DNA of 64,000 nt, from assembly GCA_049334165.1 (NCBI GenBank), contig JBEGHD010000001.1. One strand, given 5' to 3'. Source of the DNA: Flavobacteriales bacterium DA487 (lineage in GTDB: Bacteria > Bacteroidota > Bacteroidia > Flavobacteriales_D > Sanyastnellaceae). The notes beneath the pieces are model-generated. The model searched no databases, was not told the origin of the DNA, and was given only the letters and a program-made list of their open reading frames with translations. Below, piece after piece: positions 57,841-64,000 of this stretch (the first letter of the stretch is position 1; each line of letters opens with the position of its first letter). The position numbers and the translations under genes were made by a program.

Positions 57841-58567
57841 GCACTACGAACCATCACAAGAGCAGTTTGAAAAAATTGAGCGCTACCTCAGCGCAGAGTT
57901 GAGTGAAGTGGAACGGCTTGCTTTCGAATCTGCTTTAAAAGCTGACCCTGACCTCAAATCTGAGCTTGACCGACAGAGAGAATTGAGGGAAGTCGTTGAG
58001 ATCGGAGGCATGAAGTCCAAACTCGATGAGTTTCACCAAAAGGTAGCATCCGAGCACTCAAAGAAATCGAGCGGGATTCGCTGGTGGGCAATTGCAGCTG
58101 CGTTTATCGGACTGATCGTAGCTTCCTATTTCATTTTTTTCAATCAAACAAAAAGTGAGAAGCTCTTCGCAGATTATCACACCATTGACCCTGGTTTGCC
58201 AACCCCAATGAGTGCGACAGACAATTACGATTTCTACGATGCCATGGTGGACTACAAAAACGAAAAGTATGAGCTGTCAATTGAAAAGTGGAAGCCCTTG
58301 CTAAAAGAAAATCCCGATAACGATACCTTGAATTTTTACATCGGAAGTGCTCATTTTGCCAATGAAAAGTATCAAAAAGCACTGCCATACTTCTCCACCG
58401 TACGCGAATTGGATCAATCGGCATTTAGCGACAAGGCCGAATGGTACGTGGCTCTTTCCTTTCTCCATTTGGAAGAGCTCGAGAAGCTCGACAGTTTGAG
58501 CACTGCTGCGACTGGAAAATTTGCCGACAAGATTAGAGAGATCAATTCTCAGCTTCAGCAAAAATGA
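57833..58567 (+). CDS. putative anti-sigma factor (cytoplasmic N-domain, single TM, periplasmic TPR-like domain)
   Basis: Overlaps the sigma gene by 8 nt; TM WWAIAAAFIGLIVASYFIFF; position and topology match cognate anti-sigma factors. Confidence 0.6.
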   Translation: MSEHYEPSQEQFEKIERYLSAELSEVERLAFESALKADPDLKSELDRQRELREVVEIGGMKSKLDEFHQKVASEHSKKSSGIRWWAIAAAFIGLIVASYFIFFNQTKSEKLFADYHTIDPGLPTPMSATDNYDFYDAMVDYKNEKYELSIEKWKPLLKENPDNDTLNFYIGSAHFANEKYQKALPYFSTVRELDQSAFSDKAEWYVALSFLHLEELEKLDSLSTAATGKFADKIREINSQLQQK

Positions 58568-61500
58568 TAGTGCGCGGGTTAAATACAGTTCTGATGCTTT
58601 TGCTGAGCATCGTGGCTCTTTCTCAAAGTTTTGACCCGAAACTCTACAACGATCGAAGTGAGGCAATTGACTCACTAATGGCCAACGGAAACTATACCGA
58701 AGCCGCACCTCTGCTGGATGCACAAGTTGAGATGCTCGTCAGCTCGAAAACTTACGATTCGTTGTATCACTTTTCTTACAATGCTGCTCGCGCCAGATGG
58801 AAAACTGTAGATGCCCGGGCTGGACAAAGGCGAGTGGATGAGCTACTTGAGATGGTGGAGGAAAAAGACGGAAATCCGCATCACATCCTTCAGGTGCTCA
58901 ACGATAAATCCTGGATTTACTACGAAACAGGTGACTACAAAGAAGCGGTGGCAGCTGACAGTGCGTATCTCAAACTGTGCTTTAAAATACCGGACCCCAC
59001 ACCAAATGAGCTTTACATGGGCCATTACAACGTAGCTTTTGGCCTGGTAGACGCTGGCAAACCCAGGGAAGCTGCACACCATTTTGAAAAATCCATCATA
59101 CCGCTTCTTGCCGACACAGCGAGTTTCAGAAATGACTTAATAAATGGCTACAATGGTTTAGGTGCGGCACTTTTTAGAGCAGGAGATTACAACAAGGCAG
59201 AGGAGGCTTACAAAAAGAGTCTTGAGCTCATTCAGCAGCAACGCGACCCTTTTCAAAAGCTCGCCAACACGGCAAACATTTATGGCAACCTCTCGCTCAT
59301 CAAGCAAGACAAGCAAGATTTTATTGGGTGCAAAGAATATTTGAGCAAGGCAATCCAATACAGAACAAAGTCTTTCGAAATAGCTGAAAGTGAACACCTT
59401 CGTGATCAGGAGCGTGACCACTTGATGAAACATTACCGCGGGCTGGCTTCGGTGTACCTCTCTTTAGGTGATTTTTCAAAATCTCTAAAGCTACTCGACC
59501 ACGTTCACAAAGAGCGTTCGCAGCATCTCGAGCCAAATGATCCCAAACTCCACAATTATTACGAAGGTTATGGAAGTGTGCAACTCGCCATGGGCGACTA
59601 CACAGCCGCTCTTGAAAACTTAAAAACCTATGCCGACCTGTGCCTCCGTGAGTATGGCGTTGAAAGTTTCACAACTGGAATCGCCTTCAAGCGACTCGGC
59701 CAAATTTATTTGGAACTCAATCAGTTTGAGAACGCGATTGACGAATTTGACCAGGCCATAAAATCTTTTGAGGCAACCGAAGATCCTGACAAGGGCAACC
59801 ACCTTGCCTCGGCATTGCAATACAGAGCGGAGGTATTCTCGAAACTGGGCCAAACCGAAAACGCAACCAGAGACATAAACCGAGCGGTCAGAATTTTACA
59901 GACCAGCCGTAGCGGATTTGACATTACCATGGCAAGGGCTTACTTGATTCGAGCCAGAATTTTTCTCCGGGACAAGCAATTTGATGAAGCTGAAGTTTCA
60001 GTTGATCAGGCCTTCGAATTGTTTGGTAAAGAACGAAAACTACTTTCTGAAACCATTGCTCCTGAGGCTTTTTTGATTAATTCTAAGATTCAGTTTGGGA
60101 GAGACCAAAGGAACCAAGAGAACATCGAGAAAGCGCTCAACCTGGCATTACAGGCATCTGCAAAGCTTTCAGAATCTCGCAGCTCTTTTGATAAGGATGA
60201 ATCGCAGGTGTGGTACTACGAAACCAACAGCGAAATTTTTGATTTTGCCAAAACTCTCAGCTTCAAAATGTATGAGGTTTCGGGAGAATCAAAGTATTTG
60301 GAAAGTCTGTTTCAGCTTGCCGAAGGGAGCAAAATGCTCGTGCTCAGAAATCAGCTCAACACTTTTTCTTCTCTTGAGTTTGCCAATATTCCAGACTCCA
60401 TCCTCCAGCGAGAAAAGGAACTTTTAGATAGCTTGAACTTTCTGGAATCAAATCCGCGGGAATACGATCAACTGCTCGTAGCTGAGGCTAATTACCGAGA
60501 TTTCAAAAAAATGATTGAGCAAGATTTTCCAGAGTACTTTGCCCTGAAATTCAACGACAAAACCCCAAGTCTTAAAGAGATTCGAGCAGAGCTCCTGAAG
60601 GAGGGTGAAACGCTCATACAATTCTCTGCAGACGATTCCCTGCTTTTCGGAACAGTTATAACTCGTGAAAATATTAAAAGCCTGACGCTTCCAAAGAATT
60701 TGATTTACCATTTGATCGATTCGCTGAACAACGCCTTGGTAAGCAATGACCTCACAAGCACAGGCAACATATCTCACGAACTTTATAAAGAGCTATTTCA
60801 GCCTTTTGAAAAATGGATTGCAAGCGAGAAACTCCTTATCGTTCCCGATGGAAAACTATTTGCACTGAATTTTGAGGCATTGCGAAAAGAAAAGGGCTCC
60901 GAAGTGACGGACTATCTTCTGTTCGACTACTCCATTTCATACCTCTTGTCTGCCAGTACGTCCATCGCCTTCAAACAACTTGAAACTTCCGCAAAAGGAA
61001 TACTGGCAGTGGCACCTGGTTTTCATGAAGACCAGAAAGCACGCTATCGACAGCTGATAGAAGACAGCCTCAATTTTGATGAAAAGTATCTAACTCTTCT
61101 CCAGCAGCCATTTGCGGTGCAAACAGCGGAGCGAATCGCTCGACTCTTCCCGGGTGAAGCTATGGTGAAAGGAGAAGCTACAGAGGAAAAGTTTAGGGCG
61201 AATGCAGGCCGCTATGGAATTCTGCATTTTGGAACACACGCTGAAATTAACCATCAATCACCATTGCTTTCCAGGTTGATGCTGAATGCCCAAAGTTCTT
61301 CTCCCAGTGACGATGGCATGCTGCACGCCTATGAAATTTACAACATGCAATTGAGGTCGGAGATGGTGGTTTTGGGTGCTTGCCAAACGGGAGCAGGAAA
61401 GTCCCACTCGAGTGAGGGAGTGATGTCATTGGCTCATAGTTTTGCCTATGCCGGCTGCCCAAGTGTGGTGATGTCACTGTGGCAAATCGATGAAAAAACT

Positions 61501-61776
61501 TCGAGCGAAATTATAGAGGCATTCTATGAAAACCTGTCTGAAGGAGAGTCGAAAGTAGAAGCATTGCGAAAGGCAAAAATTGAATACTTGCAAAACAATC
61601 AAAATGAACTCACCGCTCCATATTACTGGGCCGGGCTGGTGCTTATGGGTGACACTACTCCGATAAGCACCTTGCCTGGCAATTCATTCCATTGGGTCTG
61701 GTGGACTGTAATTGTGGGTGTACTCGTTCTCTTCTTGATCTTTTTAGGAAAACGAAGAAGAACTGTAAGAAAATGA
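58564..61776 (+). CDS. TPR-repeat + CHAT-domain (caspase-like peptidase) protein with a signal peptide and a C-terminal TM anchor
   Basis: N-terminal signal; many TPR units; CHAT catalytic dyad context (…GILHFGTHAE… and …VVLGACQTGAG…); terminal TM WVWWTVIVGVLVLFLIFL. Overlaps the anti-sigma gene by 4 nt. Confidence 0.8.
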   Translation: MIVRGLNTVLMLLLSIVALSQSFDPKLYNDRSEAIDSLMANGNYTEAAPLLDAQVEMLVSSKTYDSLYHFSYNAARARWKTVDARAGQRRVDELLEMVEEKDGNPHHILQVLNDKSWIYYETGDYKEAVAADSAYLKLCFKIPDPTPNELYMGHYNVAFGLVDAGKPREAAHHFEKSIIPLLADTASFRNDLINGYNGLGAALFRAGDYNKAEEAYKKSLELIQQQRDPFQKLANTANIYGNLSLIKQDKQDFIGCKEYLSKAIQYRTKSFEIAESEHLRDQERDHLMKHYRGLASVYLSLGDFSKSLKLLDHVHKERSQHLEPNDPKLHNYYEGYGSVQLAMGDYTAALENLKTYADLCLREYGVESFTTGIAFKRLGQIYLELNQFENAIDEFDQAIKSFEATEDPDKGNHLASALQYRAEVFSKLGQTENATRDINRAVRILQTSRSGFDITMARAYLIRARIFLRDKQFDEAEVSVDQAFELFGKERKLLSETIAPEAFLINSKIQFGRDQRNQENIEKALNLALQASAKLSESRSSFDKDESQVWYYETNSEIFDFAKTLSFKMYEVSGESKYLESLFQLAEGSKMLVLRNQLNTFSSLEFANIPDSILQREKELLDSLNFLESNPREYDQLLVAEANYRDFKKMIEQDFPEYFALKFNDKTPSLKEIRAELLKEGETLIQFSADDSLLFGTVITRENIKSLTLPKNLIYHLIDSLNNALVSNDLTSTGNISHELYKELFQPFEKWIASEKLLIVPDGKLFALNFEALRKEKGSEVTDYLLFDYSISYLLSASTSIAFKQLETSAKGILAVAPGFHEDQKARYRQLIEDSLNFDEKYLTLLQQPFAVQTAERIARLFPGEAMVKGEATEEKFRANAGRYGILHFGTHAEINHQSPLLSRLMLNAQSSSPSDDGMLHAYEIYNMQLRSEMVVLGACQTGAGKSHSSEGVMSLAHSFAYAGCPSVVMSLWQIDEKTSSEIIEAFYENLSEGESKVEALRKAKIEYLQNNQNELTAPYYWAGLVLMGDTTPISTLPGNSFHWVWWTVIVGVLVLFLIFLGKRRRTVRK

Positions 61777-61778
61777 CG

Positions 61779-62393
61779 CTAGCCCCTCGCTCGCATGGCT
61801 GTAGCACCAGCTCCTACCACCAGTAGAAATATCCCAGCCCATTGGGTGTAGTTCATTCCACCGCCTGGTTCGTCCATTTCGAAAACGAACACTGTTTTGC
61901 CAAAAGCATCGGTATCGATTTTCACATTTTCTGCCTGGTTCGGTAAGGTAACAGTCGTTGTTTGACGAATGGATCCGCCATATTCCTGAGGGCTTTCAAC
62001 CATCATAAATTTTCGCTCAGTCAGTTCAGTGACGTTGGCATCTTTGGTTTCGGTGTTCATGGTCCACCTCCCTTTTCGATCTACGTCACAAGCGCCATAG
62101 GCTTTGAAAGTGAGTTCAAATGAACGGTTCATATCGTCCTTCTCAAACTTAAAATCATCGAGAAAATAAGAAGGTAAGGCTCGTTCCATTTCCCGCTTGA
62201 GAGCTGCTGGATTGTTCCCGTAGGATTGGACCCAACCTTCCCATTGCTGGGCATTCATTTCCATCGATACTTTCAAATGTGCATCGCCAATGCTGTCGAT
62301 TCTCATATCAATTTGCTGGTCCGTGACCTGGCTTGTAGCAGTTTGAATAAAAAAGCTGGTTACAAGAAAAACAGTGATTAGATAAGTTCTCAT
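61779..62393 (-). CDS. hypothetical secreted protein with a C-terminal TM anchor (204 aa)
   Basis: Signal peptide; terminal hydrophobic WAGIFLLVVGAGATAM segment; 5 nt downstream of the transglutaminase-like gene. Confidence 0.5.
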   Translation of the reverse strand: MRTYLITVFLVTSFFIQTATSQVTDQQIDMRIDSIGDAHLKVSMEMNAQQWEGWVQSYGNNPAALKREMERALPSYFLDDFKFEKDDMNRSFELTFKAYGACDVDRKGRWTMNTETKDANVTELTERKFMMVESPQEYGGSIRQTTTVTLPNQAENVKIDTDAFGKTVFVFEMDEPGGGMNYTQWAGIFLLVVGAGATAMRARG

Positions 62394-62398
62394 GTCGG

Positions 62399-64000
62399 TT
62401 ATTTTATGGTTCTAAAAATTTGATTGAGCTGCGGTGAATACTGGTCGTAAACTGCCTGGGAGGCGCCAACTGTGGCAATTCGAATTCCACCTGAAGTCTG
62501 TGTTGCAATTCCTTTCCAAACGAAGTTGCCATACTGCTGGTAGGTCAAGCCACTCACCTGGTTGCCGCTAATTTGATAGTCGATTTGTGCACCCATCTGA
62601 TTGAAGTACTGCTGCAAAACCATCATGGCCTCATTCAACGACCCGGCAGGAATATCATACACGGAGGCATTGGCCATTTGGTCAGGAGAGTTTACAATCA
62701 TGGTCCAGATAGGAATCTGCGGTGAGGGATTGCGCGACAGCTGCCAATTTGGTGGAACAGCCATAGAAAGCGGGCCAGGAGTTCGATTGCTGTAGTTGGA
62801 GCTTCCTCCACCTCCTCCACCGCGATTTGAAGCATACTGGCTTTGACCTCCACGCTGCGCATTGGGTGAAGTAGAAAAGCTTTCTGCGATCTTATCTACC
62901 TTGGCCTTCAGAAAATCATCATCTGGCAGATCCATCGCTATCGCACCTTGCTGGTTTAACTGGTGAATGTCTACCAGTGAATACCTCGGATCGCCCATTT
63001 GCATTCGCTGGATAAATTCCTGAAGTTGCTTTTGGCCTTTTTCCAAAGCCTGCTCAACCGACCCAATTCCTCCAAGACCTTCTCCGCTAATCATCGTAGC
63101 TTCAATAGCGTAGTACTGTCCGTTCATCCTGAAACCGGGATATGCGTGACCGGGAACTAAAAAGATCACTGGATCGACACCAGCAGCAGAAAGCACGCTG
63201 GCATAGAGACAGCTCAGCTCGATGCACAATCCTGTATTTCCTGTGATCACCTCTCTGGGAAGCCGAACACTTTGTACAATTGATTGCACGTCATCGGTCG
63301 ACTGAGGAACGCCTTTGGTTCCGCTGTAAACCATGTGGGCCATGCGGGTAGCTTCGTAAATCCCCGCCAACAATCGCACACCGTCTTTCGGATTGTTGCT
63401 TACCGTAGCCTGTTCTCCCTTCAGCACCTTTTCCTGGACAATTTGGGTGTAGTATTTCACTACAGGATCGTTGGGAGTTACAAAGCACGCCAGCAGATCA
63501 TCGTTGTCGAACATATCGCCCCAGCTCGCCACTTCGTCTGTAGGAACGCTCGTGTACACGTACTCATTTCTGCCAGTCATTTTGAATGAGAATTCTTCTT
63601 CGAGTGCATCCTCATTTCCATCCCAGCCGATACTCAGCTTCACTTTCTCTAGTGACTCATTTGTTTTGGAAGTGATCCCTTTATCAAAATCTGGATAACA
63701 AGCCACCACAGCGGATTGGCCAGGCAGCATTCGTTTGATGTCTTTTAACTCAGTGGACTCAATAAACCCGGGGATTTCATAATTCACCTCTACATCCTCT
63801 ATGATGTGTCCTGTGTTGTTTGTAATTCTGGCTTTAAACAGGTGATACTTTCCATTGAGTGCTTCCGGATTCGCGTAAACATTGTGAACAGCCGGCATCA
63901 CAAAAGCGGATTTCTCAATCTGAAGGTCGAGTTCGCCTGAATTGGCTGAAAAGCTAAAAGTCCCGAAGGCCAAAAGTGCCAAACCTGCTATAGCAACAGC
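62399..64000 (-). CDS. secreted transglutaminase-like cysteine-peptidase-fold protein; N-terminus lies beyond the window end
   Basis: Core TGase-like Cys/His context (…TGNTGLCIELSCLYASVL…LVPGHAYPG…). The signal-peptide tail is visible at the window edge and the reading frame continues past 64000. Confidence 0.65.
   Translation of the reverse strand, partial: AVAIAGLALLAFGTFSFSANSGELDLQIEKSAFVMPAVHNVYANPEALNGKYHLFKARITNNTGHIIEDVEVNYEIPGFIESTELKDIKRMLPGQSAVVACYPDFDKGITSKTNESLEKVKLSIGWDGNEDALEEEFSFKMTGRNEYVYTSVPTDEVASWGDMFDNDDLLACFVTPNDPVVKYYTQIVQEKVLKGEQATVSNNPKDGVRLLAGIYEATRMAHMVYSGTKGVPQSTDDVQSIVQSVRLPREVITGNTGLCIELSCLYASVLSAAGVDPVIFLVPGHAYPGFRMNGQYYAIEATMISGEGLGGIGSVEQALEKGQKQLQEFIQRMQMGDPRYSLVDIHQLNQQGAIAMDLPDDDFLKAKVDKIAESFSTSPNAQRGGQSQYASNRGGGGGGSSNYSNRTPGPLSMAVPPNWQLSRNPSPQIPIWTMIVNSPDQMANASVYDIPAGSLNEAMMVLQQYFNQMGAQIDYQISGNQVSGLTYQQYGNFVWKGIATQTSGGIRIATVGASQAVYDQYSPQLNQIFRTIK

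Overview
This 64 kb window looks like a Bacteroidetes chromosome segment. The evidence is two proteins with C-terminal type-IX-secretion (Por) sorting domains, -7-box-like promoter motifs and roughly mid-40s % GC. Most of it is housekeeping and is densely coding on both strands: a truncated RND/MMPL exporter, rfbA, a polyprenyl synthetase, sucA-sucB, gdhA, hflX, rbfA, tilS, hemA / hemC-hemD fusion, mpg, scoAB, PBP1A, rseP, dprA, a TonB-dependent receptor and kdsB.

The accessory content worth attention:
- A Family-1 encapsulin shell gene preceded by an encapsulated-ferritin (EncFtn) cargo gene with a C-terminal GLGIGKI targeting peptide. It lies 65 bp upstream of, and co-oriented with, a compact minus-strand biosynthetic cluster built around a chalcone-synthase-like type III PKS (methyltransferase, FAD oxidoreductase, then KR, hotdog dehydratase, KAS II, ACP and PPTase). 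The cluster reads as a phenolic-lipid / alkylresorcinol-type pathway.
- A translationally coupled trio: YfiR-like periplasmic protein, secreted TPR protein, and a transmembrane HAMP-PP2C phosphatase.
- An overlapping operon of ECF sigma factor, anti-sigma factor and a TPR-CHAT (caspase-like) protein.
- A PIN-toxin/antitoxin cassette inserted between hemA and hemCD, flanked by a perfect 46-bp direct repeat of the hemA 3' end.
- Two families of dispersed intergenic repeats, one of which carries a conserved palindrome and a conserved small ORF.
- A ~90-nt GC-rich, stem-rich element upstream of the encapsulin operon.

No rRNA genes, tRNA genes or CRISPR arrays were seen.
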